Below, in pieces: positions 27,230 through 41,958 of a stretch of 64,000 nt of DNA. The position numbers were made by a program, and so were the translations under genes. The stretch lies in NCBI RefSeq assembly GCF_009914755.1, contig NC_060936.1; one strand, given 5' to 3'. The notes beneath the pieces were generated by a model. That model was not told the origin of the DNA, did not search any database, and saw nothing but the letters and a program-made list of their open reading frames with translations. The DNA is from the human T2T-CHM13v2.0 reference genome, Homo sapiens. The number at the start of each line of letters is the position of its first letter. Position 1 is the stretch's first letter.

Positions 27230-29049
27230 TATGATCCTGTTGGCTTGATTATATGAAACCATATTAAATTGTCATTTTAAAAAATAAAAAATGGTCAAAT
27301 AACGGCAATTTCCTAAGATTTAAGTATGCATGGAGCTGCGTACTGACAATTTTTATGGCTTGTTATCTACAAAAGAAGTTTTGCAATTTGGAGAGAAAGA
27401 AATAAGCAAACTTTAAATCACACCACTGAAGTTCTTCTTACATAAAGGCATGTTGGAAATGCAAAAATCTCCCGTTATATCATTATACAGTTGGTTTTTT
27501 TTTTCCAGTATGTGGCCTGCTCAGCATCACAGAAATGCATCTATTACTCTGAATTGTTATATACAATAGACTTATTTCTGAGCCACTTTTGCCTTCACCA
27601 ATCCCATACAAAAGAAAACAATTAAAAATTTTTTTTTCTCTCTGACCTCATGATTGATCATGAATCACTGATTTGCCTTCTCACCCACTGAATCTGAAAT
27701 TCTCTCAGTTTTTTTAAATCTGAAAATGTCTTTATTTATGGATATCTAGTAGACTGTACTGTTTAACTATTTAGTACTTTGCAGTATACAAAATGAGATG
27801 ACGGGGTACATTGAATGGTAGATAAATAATTAGCAAAGAATAAGGCCCTCAAATACAGCTGTCACTGAAGAATTTCTATAAGAGAGTAGGACTGGTAATA
27901 CAAGATCAATTTTAACTTTCAAAGATAAAATGAAAAGAGTTTACATAGATCATATTGTTACAGCTCAAGACATGTTACTGCTCCCAGTAGGGATGCAATA
28001 ACAATTTGTAATAACATTCAAGTTAACCAGCAGCAAATTAAACTGGGCTTTGAATAAATAAAAAAGAAATTGGGGCATCCATTCATTAATATTTATTATT
28101 CCCTAATAAAAATGAGAAACATCTAGGCCATTTTTCTAAGATTTCCTGAAATATTTCTAAAAAAAAGTGACATATTCCTTAAAATCTATTTCAAAGGCTA
28201 AAAAAACTTACTGTTAAAGGTATTTTTTTGGTCTCATCTAATTCCCTCCAGCTGCAATTTAAGCTTCTTTTTGTCAGTCTGATCTTTCTCATATTTGAAT
28301 TGGCATTAACAAAGGATATTCTTACATGGATTTCCAAGTGACCGAATTGCCACTCAAGAAACCTTGGAAGCCTGAATGTGAAAGAACTCCAAAGTAACTC
28401 TGAAAATGGCAAGACTGTGTTTGTGTTATGAGATTATAAGGAAGAAGAGAGAACAAATGATCATAAACTTCTAGTAGGAGAATAAAAACATTTCTCATGA
28501 ACTATGTATTAATTTTTTTTCTATTTTTAAAGTCTTTTTCTCCATAGTATCTTAGCAAAGGAAACCATTTAAAATTTTGCTTATGGACGAAATTTGAAAA
28601 ATGTTCAGCCTCCAAATACAATCTACAAATGTTTTAAAGGTTCTTTGAACACAGAAGCTATTGAGATTCTACAACTTGCCAGAGAAAGAAATACCTTCTT
28701 GAGGTCTTCAACACTGTTTTTAAATTTTTGTATGGCTCATAATTTACTTCCGAAATGTAGGTGGAACCTGACCAAATACTGAAGTCTTCAGAGATTAAGA
28801 AATTCATTTTAAAGAACAAAAATTAAAATTCTTGATCATAAAACAGGCAAAATTAAGGTTTCTGGAAAGAAGGAGAAGTTTTGTTATCTTGAAGAATGAT
28901 CCAGGAATTGGAATTTCTGAATAAGAAATGTTTCTGAAATTGTAGCCTATGGAGTAGTAAACATACTTTTCCTTAAGGAAGCCTCACCCAAAGTGGTGCT
29001 CTCATTACCTCATAAAAAACTAAGTCTCATATACAGAATTGCTATTTTG

Positions 29050-29250
29050 CATATTTATTATGTCCAAAATATTTATATATGCATTTTTAATCTGATCTTT
29101 TTAATAGCTCTGGGAAACAGGCATTTTCTTATTTATTTAAAGGATATGAAATTGTAAAATTACAGAAATTAAGTAACTTGACCATAGTCACAAAGACAAT
29201 GAGTAAACAAACTAGGACTCAAATCCATATGAATTTGTCTCATTTCCATT
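29050..29250 (-). mobile_element. MIR fragment
   Basis: 'cagaaattaagtaacttgaccatagtcaca...ctaggactcaaatcca'. Confidence 0.65.
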
Positions 29251-29743
29251 CTATGAGAGCAAGCATACTGGGTTTGAATTAGATCTCTAGAAATAGAGAC
29301 TCCTGTAATATTATATAAACATATTTAAATACAATTAGCCTGTGGGAAAGAATGTATTAGTCTTGTCCCTTGAAATCTTTATTATTAAGGGGCTCTGTTT
29401 TCAATGAATGAGAGTATTTTCATTGTCAATATTCCAAAACTTTAATTTAATTCTCATTATACTAATTTACATAGTAATTTTATTCTAGTTTCTACTTTGC
29501 TTAATTTGACAAGAAAATTCTAGTTGTAGTAAAATTTACATTAGAACTCATCTAGGAACACAGCTCATCATGTTGATAGCCCCAGGCATCAGCTGATATA
29601 TTAAAGAATAGCTTTACACAAATATTAAATATAGAAACCTAGGATACAGATCATACTGAAAGATGGTAAGAGGCTTTGTTCATTTATTGATAGGAAAAAT
29701 CAGTTGTGTTAATGAAACTAAATATTAGGAAGGAAAACAAAAG

Positions 29744-30575
29744 TGTTACTGAAATGGGAGAGTTCCCTGATCCCCCTTACAGGATGTGTAACAGAGGTGT
29801 GGCTTGCCTGTTGGTCGCTGCTGCTACTCAAACCCCTGATGGGAGGCAGACCACGCAGATGGTCAGGTGCAAGAGGTGGGGCGAGTGCTTTGGGCTCCAG
29901 CCCCGTGGCAGTATCTAGGGGTGGGTGCCTGCAGCCCCAGTGTTACAATGCTCTTTTAGCTCTTTTAACCTTGCTGTCCACAGACAGCTTAAGTGTTAAC
30001 CAACTCAACAGACCCTCTTTTTGCAAGGGCAGAGGGCTAGTGTGACAACTTTGCAAGGGCAGCGGGCCAGTGTGACAACTTTCTGTATCCTGAACTCTTG
30101 CCCAGAGTCCTGGAAGAATTGGGTCACACATGGGCTTGAAGGATGAAATTGGGGTTTTATTGAGTGGTGGAGGTGGCTTTCAGCTAGATGTATGAGGAGC
30201 TGGAAAGGGGATAGAGTGGGAAGATGATCTTCCCCTGGAGTTTGGCCATCCAGTGGACTAAATCCTCTCTGAATGCCCTCAGCCAAACTCTTCTTGGTGT
30301 TCAGATGTTACTTCTCTTCTTTCTCTTTCTCGGCTGTGCCATTCTGCCATTCACCGGCTTGTCTCCTCATCTCTTTGTCTGCTTCTGGAGCCTGGAGTTT
30401 GGGGTTTATATGGGTACAGGATAGGAAACATGGTGGGCCAAAAGGCAACCTTTTGATGCAAAAACAGGAATGCCTGCCCCCATTTAGGGCCACAAGTCTC
30501 CAGGCTTGAGGGTGAGGCCTTTGCTGAGGAACTGCCCACTTCTACCCAGTATTTCCGTGTCTCCTGCCCATATCA
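29744..30575 (-). mobile_element. ERV1-class solo LTR (LTR1/MER52 group)
   Basis: TG...CA termini; GC-rich; end 'tctacccagtatttccgtgtctcctgcccatatca' is the reverse complement of an LTR1-like 5' start; internal 30-bp tandem duplication at 30021-30080. Confidence 0.8.
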
Positions 30576-30699
30576 TTATAGTGCCTTGAATAAATAGCTC
30601 CTAAAAAAGTTATACCTACAAGCATATGTGTGTATGTGTGTGAGTTGTACGAGTATGTGTGTATCTGTGTAATGGTAATAGCTCTGGTAAGGGGATAGT

Positions 30700-31250
30700 A
30701 CAATGAACACTCTAAATAATGTCAGTGAGAATATAAATTGTTTCAGTATCAATGAGAATGTAAGATGCTTCACTACATACACAAGGCATTTAATAACGTT
30801 TGTCAATAATTTAAATATATTTAAATCCTTTGTCCACACAATTTCTAGAAATATTTCAGAATATAAATAATAAAAAATATAGACAGAGCTTATGCACCAG
30901 ATTGTTGATCTGAGTATTATTTTACATAGCAAAAAGTTGAAAACAATTTTATGTCCCACAATAGGACAATGATTAAAAATTATGCTAAATTTGCTTCATA
31001 GATAATTACATATCAAGTTTAAATGATATTTTCACAAATTGTTTGATACTATGATGAAGAGTAGACTATAAAGTTATCTACAGTAGGAGCTCAATTATAT
31101 GTGCACATATGCTCATAGAGAAAATAGAAAATATATAGCAAAATATTAATAGAGGTCACCTGTATAAAGTGTATTTTCTTTTTGTTCTTGTCTACTTTTA
31201 CTAAAAAAATTTATAATAATTACGTGTTATATTTTAATAAAATAAATCAT
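30700..31250 (+). mobile_element. Old L1M (L1ME-like) 3' end
   Basis: 'acaatttctagaaatattt...atagcaaaaagttgaaaacaattttatgtcccacaatagg'. Confidence 0.65.
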
Positions 31251-34200
31251 CTTTAGAAATGAGCACTTGAGAGGTGGTACCCATAGAAGTTAGAGTGGAG
31301 TTCTCAACACCTCAGTAGGGTGATTCCAAGGAAACCAGCACCCCATATGAATGCACATCTCTGTTCAACTCCACATGCAATGGTATCACCTTGTGCCAGT
31401 CAGATAGTGTGTTTCAACACTTTTCACCTGCCTCTGTTTGGGGTAGTTCTATAGGAAATAAAGCTTTCGGTTGTGATTATTTTCTTTCTTATTTATCTCA
31501 GAACAATTTTAGATGCAAGTATTATAATCCACCAGGCATTTAGAGGTAATGGACTGGGCAGAATGGTTCTAAGAGAAACTTATTCTGAGTTTCCAGTTGA
31601 GATGACTATGTTACATACATTACCTTTTTAACATTATCTTTACAATATCCCCTTTTGCAGATGTGGAAGCTGAAGCTCTTGAAGACTGTAAGATTTGCCC
31701 ATGTAAGCATGGTGAATGAAGAGCAAAATTAGAAGTCTGTACTCTTTCTACTGCAGGTAGTGGGTTACTGCCTCGTAAGAAATTACCATAGCTTTTAAGC
31801 TGCATTTGTACTTAGAGTAATAAACATAATCAACCTGGTATATAACTTTTGGGATAAACTGAATTTCAAAGATTTACCTGAAGGGTAAAATTCAGCCAAA
31901 CTATGCTTTCCTCAAACAATCCTTGTGTTCCAAACAGGGAACATAGAATGCGTTGAGTTCGAAGGCATAGTGGAAAGAATTCTGAACTAATTCATATGTT
32001 GAATAGAGGCAGACCTAATCACTTTGTATATTTTTGGTTTCATATGTGCAAATAAAATATATTTAGACTGAAACCAGTAATTAAGCAAATGGATTACATT
32101 TTACATATATAAATCCAGACAGGCCTTAATATAAAAATATATAAAGATACCATTTGTATTTATTTATCCTCACAAATTTATAATAAAAATACAAATAAAT
32201 TCTAAACTATTACATTGAAATAAGAGAAATGATACACAAGATGGACCACAAAGAGGAAGGTTATATTACATCTATTAGAAATATGCTTTGGAGAAATCTA
32301 TTTTTCTATACACTGTGGGGTTCATTCCAGGTAGCAATTCAAAGTTTTATTTATCATTTTAGAACAATCACAAAAAAAGTCCCTGCTTGCTAATTTTTTT
32401 TTGTTTTTGAAAAAAGTCATCTTGTGTTTTTTTTGTTTTTTGTTTTTGTACCAAATAAATGTATATCCAGCACATTAAGGAGCCACTAGCTCTAAATTCA
32501 CTATTTTAATCAATGCTGTGCAGCAGCACTGGGCTTAGTCCAAAGAAACTTACTGTTATAGTAGAAAACCTCCTCCAACTCTTCCAGAATGTTATTTTAA
32601 AGGTCTCAGGAATTAAAATTAAAACAAATGCTTTAAGCCTTTTCAAAACTCTGTCCAAGAAAATAAAAGTCAAGTGCCTGCTCTCCAGAGCATTATGAAG
32701 AAATGCATTTGGCTGAGTTTGAAAATGTCTCTTTAATGTGAGCAATTAGAAAAACTAGGATTGAACAATGCTAAGTAACTTCCTTGAAAGATTAAAAAAC
32801 AAAGTTAGGATTATTTAATCAGCAATATTCATTCTAAAAGAGAAAATGACCTTACACATTTAAAAATATATACATTACTTTTAAAATATAATTTTGGACA
32901 TGTAGCATTATGAATAAGAAAAATTAAGTCTCCATTTCTGCTCTAATACTCTTTTAATAGATCAAAACAAAACAAAACATGACCTATCTCAACCAACAAT
33001 GACTTTCATTAACTTCTTTTCAAGAGCTCTTAGGAAAGGAAAGCTATAAAGAGGTTGCTTTCTATTGATAGAATTTTGGACATTTATGTAAGTACAAATG
33101 TTGGTTTTGACATTAAAATATTAATGTAATTAAAATCTAAAATGCTCAATGTATATAAAAAATAAAACTTTTAAGGTTCTGAGGCATTTTTCCCATCTTA
33201 TACTTTAACAGACTTTTTTTTTAAAAAAATTATATTTCAAATATGTTTATTTGAGAACTAACATTAAAGTTGAGAATAATTGTAATTAACCTTTTCCACC
33301 AAAATATTTGTGGAAATGGTTTGGGACCAGTAAGTCCAAATAATTGTCCTCATCTAACCCACTACTTTAGAAATGAGTAAACTGAAGACTTTTTAGTGAC
33401 AAACACAAGAATGTAATGTCAGAGTCTTGCCCTCCACCTAGTATTCTTTCCTTTCTCATCTCCCGCATTGTCTCCATCTACACAATAAATACTAAGAAAA
33501 ATGCTAGTTACATTGACTCAATTTTTGGAAGTAAATGCTTTAAAACTTCAAAAGCCCAAGCTTTTGCTTTGTTTCTTTAACATTGTCCCCCACCCCTTGA
33601 CCAAAAGGAAGGAGCTGAAAAACAGATTTCATAATGCATGTTCATTACAGAGACAGTCTATAAACCCAAATTGAGTAAAATATGCATTATTTCATTTCAG
33701 GATTTGGGTTTAATGCAGAACTCAGAAAGGGACCAACTTTCTTTTACTCTTTATTCATTCTTATGTCATACTAAAATAATAGATGTTAAAATGGTAACAT
33801 TTTCAGAAGATGCTCCTCAGTGGAGTAGATTAAATTGATATCTCAAGACTAGTAAAATGTACAATTGTTCTTGTCCATATAGGAAACTATAACATCTTCA
33901 TAGTATTTTTAAGGAACTCTAGTTAAGATATAAATCAAGGTGACCATCTCAGTGAAAGACCTATGAATTACTTGGTGGTTGTGACTTTTCCATTATAATT
34001 AATAAGACTTCTATTACGCTTAGACTAGTCAGTGGTTGTCATGCCGATGCAAATATTAGCTTATCTCCATGGCTATATCCACCTATTTGATCAAGTAACA
34101 ATGGCTTATCTAACTCCAGATATAAAGCTTTCAGAAAGAGAAACATGATATATTACTCACTTGTTTTTCTGTGGAACTCTCAAAGAGTAAATGGAAAATT

Positions 34201-35264
34201 AGCTTTGTGTTTTTGTTTGAAGAAGACTATGTAGAGGAGAGTTATTTGAGCTCTTAGCAAAGGAAGCTCCATTTGCCTCTTTTCTTTTCCTCTGTCTAGT
34301 TTTTCCATGAGATGAGGATAATTGTAGGAAGCTGGAAATAATAACACAAAACTTCATTGATTTCTGATTTTTAAAAGTGTTTTAAGCATTAGAACTTTTT
34401 CTCAAAGCAAATCTTAAGCAGATTTCCAATATATAACAAAGGTAAGTGTCAAGCTTTTAGCTATGAAGTGGATTTAGAGAGCTGAGAGTAGGGAAATTCA
34501 ACCCCTCACCTCTCTCCTGCATTATCAACTTGACAGAATCCCAGGGCTCTGCAGAACACAGCTTTGAAAGTATGGTTGTGAATGACACAAAAGAGTAGCA
34601 GAGTAAGTGAAAGAGTTAGTCTACAAAGTGGCATTACTTTGCTAGGTTAATAAAGATTATTTATGATAGGAAAACATGTCTGCACAAGGTCCGATGCATA
34701 GGGACAGAAATTTCAGCTCAAATAGTTAAATACTTTTTACTAAACCTAGAACTGAAAATGAATTAACAAGAAACATTTTTAATGAAGTACATATGTATCA
34801 TGGTTTGATTAAGTTTTAAAAGAAAGAATAATGAGAATAGAAATTACTACTTACTTTAAAAGTTGCTCAATAATTTTCTTCCAGTAATCAAAGAGTGCAC
34901 ATCTTTTATAAAACTATGTGCTTGAAAATTTGGACATTTGTATGTCTGGAAGTAATTGGATGGAGAAAAACAAGGGTGAAGGTCTTAATATTTGCAAGTA
35001 ATTTGTGTCAGTAGACTAATGAAAAGCTAAGCTATAAAACTAAAAATATATGTGTTGATGAATAAACAATGTTAGTATTCATTTCAAACAATTGATGAAA
35101 TTATGAATTTCTTCACCAATAAGAAGAGAAAGTCTTCTCCAGATTAGAAATGAGTTATAGTAATGGGAACTGACATAGTAGATTTAACCAGAATATTGGT
35201 ATATTAGCCCATATAGTTGGATCTTAAGAGGACCTTTGTTAATTTCCTCCAAAAAAACGGTGGA

Positions 35265-37150
35265 AAAGAAGCTGTGCCCTTCAGTATCCTCTGGTTTTCT
35301 AAGTTCTTCTAAATTTACTTTGGTGAACAGGGCATGTGACCATTTAGCTAGAGACTGCCTTCCTGTCCTTCCTTTTAGTCAGTGACTATATTTAGGCCAG
35401 TGGGGCATGGCAACAATATGTAAAACTCCCAGATTGTTTTCTTAAAGATAAGACTGCTGGCCTAATACATTTTTGTTTCTCCTACTCTTGGCCAAGAGTA
35501 GGAGATTTGCAGCTGTAGAAGATCTTGGACCCAAAGATGGAAGTCACATGTTGAAGATGATATATTCATTGTGTCAATCAGGGTCCTTGGGGCCCACACA
35601 CTTATCACAAGAGAGGAATATTTTATCTAATTAAAGATCCTGTATTTTGAGGTTTCTTTGTGATAAATCTTTAGCCTAAGTCTCAGCTAATGAAAAACTT
35701 GGTACCAAAGTGGTGTACTGCCATAGAAAATATGTGGCATTTTCTTAGTAGTTGAGTTGCAGACTATGAGGACATAAACATTGCAGGCTGGAAAGCTAAT
35801 GACCTTTCTTAGGTCACAGCAAAATATTTACTAAAACTGTTTTCTGTAATGAAACGAAGATATATCTCTGAATTCTCTTGCTCTAAGGAAGATTATTAGG
35901 TAAAGGCAAAATATTTGTCTATGTTATCTGCCCCTTGATGCTTTTAGCCATATACAATGAGAGAGAATAGCTTGGGTAAGTATTGCCAATGTGCAAGTAG
36001 AAGTAGAAATAAATAGACCTTGCAAAGGGAATCAGTCTCTGACAGAGGTCTAGACTTGAACAAAAGTGGTACATCTTACGAGAGGAAAATCTCCTGCTTC
36101 TATGTCTTAACTAGCAGAAGATAACAGAAGATAAGACTATTGCTCAGAGACTTTCTCAAAAGCCTCTCATATGTACTTTTCAGCCAGAAAATGGAAGCTC
36201 TACTCAGCTACAAAGGTAAGGTAAAATTGTTTTAACTTCTCTCCAGAGTCCAGTCTCAGAGAGATGGTTCTAGTACAGAAGCAGAAAACAAGAGTGAAGA
36301 AATGGGAGAGATCATCAAGTATGGTAAATTTCACACAGAACTGAATAGAAAGCAAATAGAAACTTCACTACGTTTTGGAGTAAATTAATATTGCTTTCAG
36401 AAAAAAAAAAAAAAAAAGAGACAAAAGCCTGGCCTACAAGCAATACAGCTAGGTTCCTAAATGCGTATCATCAAAAAAACAGTGTGTAAAAACTATACAG
36501 CCCCTAAACACAGCATAACCCCAAGAACTCACTTCAAGTTTGTCCACAAAGTATAGCATGTCAAGAAAAATTTTCAGAGGGCTTCAGAAATCATGGAGGA
36601 CAATGGCCAAGAGAGTCATCCAAGGGAGCAAAACCTGGGGTAAATTAAGCAAAGACTGGGATATTTCTGAGTTTTTACATGTCAACATGTAACCGCCTTG
36701 GACCACTGAGTGCTCTGTGTTTTCTATTTTTATGTCTATTAATACATAATTTTCTATTAATTAATTATAAAATTATGAATACATAATTTTACATTAAGTG
36801 ATGAGGATCGGTGGAAGAGATAACGTGTCTCTTGGTTTATAGATGAGGGTGTCACAAGAAGAGGACTGCACATTAGTAACAGATTCTGAACTTTAAACTG
36901 GATGCAGAAAATATAAGGCGTATGTGTGTCTCCACTGAGGATGGTGAATACATTCTGTATATGCAAAAACGATATACAAAGGGAAGGCTATTGTCAACAG
37001 TCTCCTATATCTACTCTGTTTTATCTCTTTAAGCAGAAATGTACATATGTTTAAGGCCTAAAGATGGACACAAGAGACCATATTTCCCAGCATTGCTAAC
37101 AATTAAGGTAGCCATGTAATTCAGTTTAAGCCAATGAAACATGAATGACG
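35265..37150 (+). mobile_element. Old MLT1 MaLR element: LTR (~35265-35695), internal region (~35696-36980), partial LTR (~36985-37150)
   Basis: LTR end followed by 'cttggtaccaaagtggtgtactgccatag...tgcaggctggaaagctaatgacc'; second LTR 'catatttcccagcattgc...gtagccatgtaattcagtttaagccaatg'. Confidence 0.6.
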
Positions 37151-39020
37151 GATATATGTGAACGAACCAATGATGATTGAGAACTGTCCCTAATTATAGG
37201 GGGAAAATTGCTAAAACTAAAATAGAAAGGCCTACGAATTAAAATTATGATATAATAGGAAGAATCACACCTCCCCACTCAAGATTTCAATTATTCTATA
37301 ACATTTTCCATAAAATATCTTCGAATCTCCACAGTGAACTAACAATCAGTTGATAATTTAGATTAATTCATATAATTTGAGTTAATCCTGATTTATAACT
37401 TTAATCCAATTAGAGGAAAAAGTGTTTGATTTGGAATTAAAGATTTTTATTCTTTTTGCCTCTCCATGCTTCACAAATTGAGTGCAAATTAGGGAGGAAA
37501 GGCATTCTAACAATTAGGTAGTTGATCCAAATTAGTTTTTGCTAGTTCAAATTTTAGAATATCTACCCCAGCTTTTATGTTCCATATTGTTACTGATTTT
37601 TAAAACTTATCAATATACTTTTTTCATTCCACTTGACTTGGCTTATTTAGTTATATGTTTCTGCATTTTAAATTACAAGACTTGCACAGTATGTTCTTTT
37701 TAAATTTCATAGAACACCACAGGTACAGATGGTCCATTAATAGCAATAAAAAGGCAAATTAAAATTATGCAAAACTCTTTGGAAAGCAATTCATTCCACA
37801 GCTATTTCAAGGAAAGTGTCTGCATTTTAAATCTAATGTGATAAGACTTCCTGCTGATATGACAAGTCATCCCAAAAGAAGTGTGTATCATCTGAATTAT
37901 CTTCTTTTGGCAAGAAGGACAGACTATTTAATTGATTTTAATAAACAATAGCTATGAGTAGGATTCCAATCTGTCAGGGTTACATCCTAACTCTTTATAT
38001 GATTTGATAGACAATGACATTCAAACTCACACATTTCTGATTCATATATCTACTATTTACTAATGTATCTCTATCGATATGATAGAATTTTTCTATTATC
38101 TAGAATTATTATGCTCACTAATATTTCTGTAGGGGTTGTGGTTTATGAAGCTTTTGGTTGAATGAGGCACTATGTTGCAACAGATACCAAGAAACTTTGG
38201 AACTGAATACACACATGGGTTTAAATCTGCTTTTTACTCTTTGTTATTTGTATTTATTTGAAAATATCTATTGGTCTTATTTTTCACCTATAAAATTATA
38301 ATACTTAATAACAAGCCTTTAAAATGTTGTAGTCCATTATTATAAATGTAAAAGTACATTACATATTTTAAGTCCAAGCAAATATTAGTGTTATACATCT
38401 AGATAGGGAAGAGAGAAAGCAAGGTATACGAAAAGACTTCCATTTAGGATTTGATGTAACTAACTGCCATTTAGTTAATTTTCTTAGAAGTGTAAGGAAT
38501 GACTTAAAGAAAAACTTGTGTCAATGGCAGAAAGGAAAAATAAATAACAATACATTTCTGAAAAGGAATAGATGAATGCAGTAGCAAATTGGAGAAAGAT
38601 CCAGAGAAGAAAGAAAAGAGGAACATACCTAAAAAAGAATATCTGAGCAAATGAAGAAAGCCTTCTCCGGTGATACATGGTCAGAATATTAACAAAGGGA
38701 GAAGCAAGATCAGGCACGGTAAAGAATTCTGATAGATTACTCTCCAAAAGAAATGTATTTTATGGTAACCCCCAATTGTAGTCTTATCTATATGAGTGAA
38801 TGAATTAGGTTAAAACCATACCAAACAAATCCCCATTCTTAGTCATTAGTTATGAAAATGTCATGCTTGAATGGGTATTTTTGGAGGTTAAAGGACCAGA
38901 GATACTTCAAGCAAGGAGCATAATCAGATTGCATCGGACCTATAAAAAAGAAAGCAGGGTACCTCTAAATTTTTGGAGCAGCTGTGCAATAATTATGCCA
39001 CAATTAATTTTGTGTGCATC

Positions 39021-39024
39021 TGTA

Positions 39025-39058
<34 letters not shown>
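39021..39058. repeat. (TG)n microsatellite
   Basis: 14 perfect TG units at 39031-39058 plus an imperfect alternating flank. Confidence 0.98.
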
Positions 39059-39062
<4 letters not shown>

Positions 39063-41746
39063 AGTCTCAGGATTACATCTTTATCTTGTCCAGCAGTTTA
39101 AAATAATCTTAATTTCCTGGAAGGTGTTTGGAGTTTATTATGTGCCAGGATGCTGAGATATTGAGTTTAGAGCAACTTCCTATGTTATTTCTTATAATGC
39201 CACAGATGAGTTGCATTCTTTGTACAAAAATATATTTGAGGTAAAATTCTTAAGGACAAACCATTCTGTATTCATAGCACAAAAGGAACTGTGTATACTA
39301 AGCAACCTCATTTATGATAGGACTATAAAATTTTGATGTTTTTCCTGGGGCCCATTTTCTCTTAACTTACCACTTAAAACCCTTTGAAAGGTTTCCCAGG
39401 GATTAATGGTCAGCACCAGGGAAGGAATTGGGGCTGCTTCAGAACTGCTAGGCAAAGCTGACACAGACTTCATTCTTCAGTGTCCTGGGGTACCAGGTAC
39501 ACACTTTTAGGCTTCATCACCATCCTAAAGAGATGAAAGCCCCTTGAAGTCAGTGGGAGATTCATTTTAAAATTAGTTCTGTAGGAAGCAGAGTAATCTG
39601 AGAAACTGGGCTGCAGATACTATTTGAATAAGGCTGATATGCACAATGCCAGCTTTGTTATTTGAACTCCTCTCAGTGTAGGTGGCTCTGTGTGTGTGTG
39701 GCAGGGAGGCGGTGGCAATGGGGTGGGGGGATACATTGTGGAAAATGTGCATTTGAGACCTTACTTTGTTTCAATAACTTCAATAGTTTAGGAAACTTTT
39801 CATCATTTGTTTCTAAAATACCTGTGTGCACATAATTGCATAAATATAAAAACCAATGTCCATTAAGAACAGATTGCAAGTAAGCTGTGTGCTTACTTAT
39901 GTTTACCTCCTCAAAATATGATTTATTTATGTTAGTGTATGGTGTGGACCTCATTGGAGGCAACTGAAATAGCCAAAAGGGGTTTTTGAGACTGGATTTT
40001 AAGAACCTAAAATGAAAAAAAATAAGGAGCATCATGCATTGGGGAGAAACCAGAACCTGTTGCCAATCTCGTACCACAAACTTCCAGCAATGACTAGGAT
40101 GAGGAAAGATACTAGAAGTCCATACATAACACAACTCTCCTTTTGCTACACTGTAGGAAACAAATGTCAAAACAAAACAAAAAAACAAAGTGAAATCCCC
40201 CAGTAATTGGTATGCCATGGAAAGATGAGAGGCACATTACTTAAGTACTGCATCTCATCATTGATACATTTGCTTTCACAAAAGTTGTAACCCAGCATCC
40301 TGGAGCCAGTTTAGTAATTGCAGCAGGGGCTTCCTCAAAGGGTGAGTTCTGGAAGGAATTGTAATCAGTAAGGGAGACCCTGGGGAAGAATTATATGAGA
40401 TAAATTTTCACAGCTGCTTACTATAAAAACAAACAAAGGTGGCTGTGACGAGGAAAATGTGAAGGTTTCCACTAATCAGATAATTAAACTGCAGATCATT
40501 TTTATAATCTAACCTGATGCCATCTCCTGGCTGTGACTAGCTCACTCTGAAGAGAGGAACAAATTAAAACTTAAGGATTCATGTGATTATGTGTGTGTTT
40601 CCCCGATCAGGTTTCTTGAAGGATTTGCGTCCAAGGAGGAGGATTGAAGGATAGGAGAGTGTTACTCTGAGAAGAATGGGTCATTGTGAAGGACTTTGGA
40701 GTTAAAGTAGATGGTATATGCATGTCACAGAGGCAGGAAATTGGGCACCAAGCAGTTCCATGCTACTGCAAGGATGTGGCAAGAGATTGGGTTGCAGAGT
40801 CAGAAGCCTGATTATCTGTCATATGTATATTTATAGAAATGTACAGATTCATGCATATGCATATAAGTGAGTCAAGAAATGTGTGCATATACAAGGAAGC
40901 AGAGCACGCATAAATTTGTACCTTTGCTCTTGCACCCCAGCTCCAAGCAGAAGAGCAGCATGATTCACTTTGTCTTTGACATTTCTTGCATAGCTCTTGC
41001 ATAATCTTTGTCTACAGTGGGACTCTCCATCAACATGTGTTTAGTAATGCTGTGAGCAAAGTGTTTTCAAACCATATGGATTTAAACTTGGGGACAACAA
41101 TGCAGTGGGCATGCATAGGAACACCACATTGATAAAGAAAAATCAGAGTCATTAATTAGTTTAATAAGACACATGTACAACTAGCTAACAGCATGACCTG
41201 ACTCCTATTATGGTCCAGGGACGTGGCCGAACTCCTTGCATCATTACCTCATTTTCTATTTGTTATTCTATTATTTGGAAGATTACCTGCTTTACTTGTA
41301 GAAGCGAATGGGTACATTTAGAATAATAAGAAAAGAAGTCAGCCTAAGGGAAAATAAGAAAAAGGTATGAAAGCTTGATTCGAGGACAGTGATTCAGGTT
41401 TGAAAGTGGCAGACATTTGTGAAAACGATATGAATATATAATGAGTAGAAACAAGTGTGTGTTACTGCTACAGTGAATCTAGTTTTCTCTAACATGGTTC
41501 TGTGTACTGGGACAGCTGGATTATAAATATCGACATAACCAAAACCTTTAAGGAAAATTATATTATGATAATATTCCTGCCATGTACATATGCCTTTTTC
41601 TGGAGAAGTTAAATCCCAAAAGGTCTTCATTGGTTTGTTCTTTAAGCGAAGGTGGCAGGGTAAATAAAATTGTAATGTTAACGGCTGGCTCAGAGTTCCC
41701 CTTAGAGAGAACACTGTCTTTGTTTAGAAAAACACCTTGCTATTTT

Positions 41747-41958
41747 GCTTTAGATGTGTGAGCCCCGAGGATGTGTTCTGAAAGGATCTCAGAAGAAAAA
41801 AAAAAAGACATCTTTTTCTGTCCAAAAATTTAATAAGAATTTAAAAGAACACATGAAATAGGAAAGGGCAGAAACTCAGACATTACCCCTTCCAAAGTAA
41901 AGATAGAGATGAGAAAGAAAGAGAGAAAGAGAAGAGAGAGAGGAGAGAGAGAGAGAGG
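41747..41958 (+). repeat. ~215-bp direct duplication, probable donor copy (ends in GA-rich repeat)
   Basis: Near-identical to 42718-42932; differs by a few substitutions and by A-run and GA-run lengths. Confidence 0.96.

Noticed and set aside
37872-37910. 10-bp stem with 19-nt loop as a miRNA or terminator
   Set aside because: Too short for a pre-miRNA and compatible with chance in 64 kb.
39673-40218. 181-aa ORF as a protein-coding gene
   Set aside because: No recognisable domain; F/L/H-rich composition typical of chance ORFs in AT-rich DNA; no supporting exon structure.
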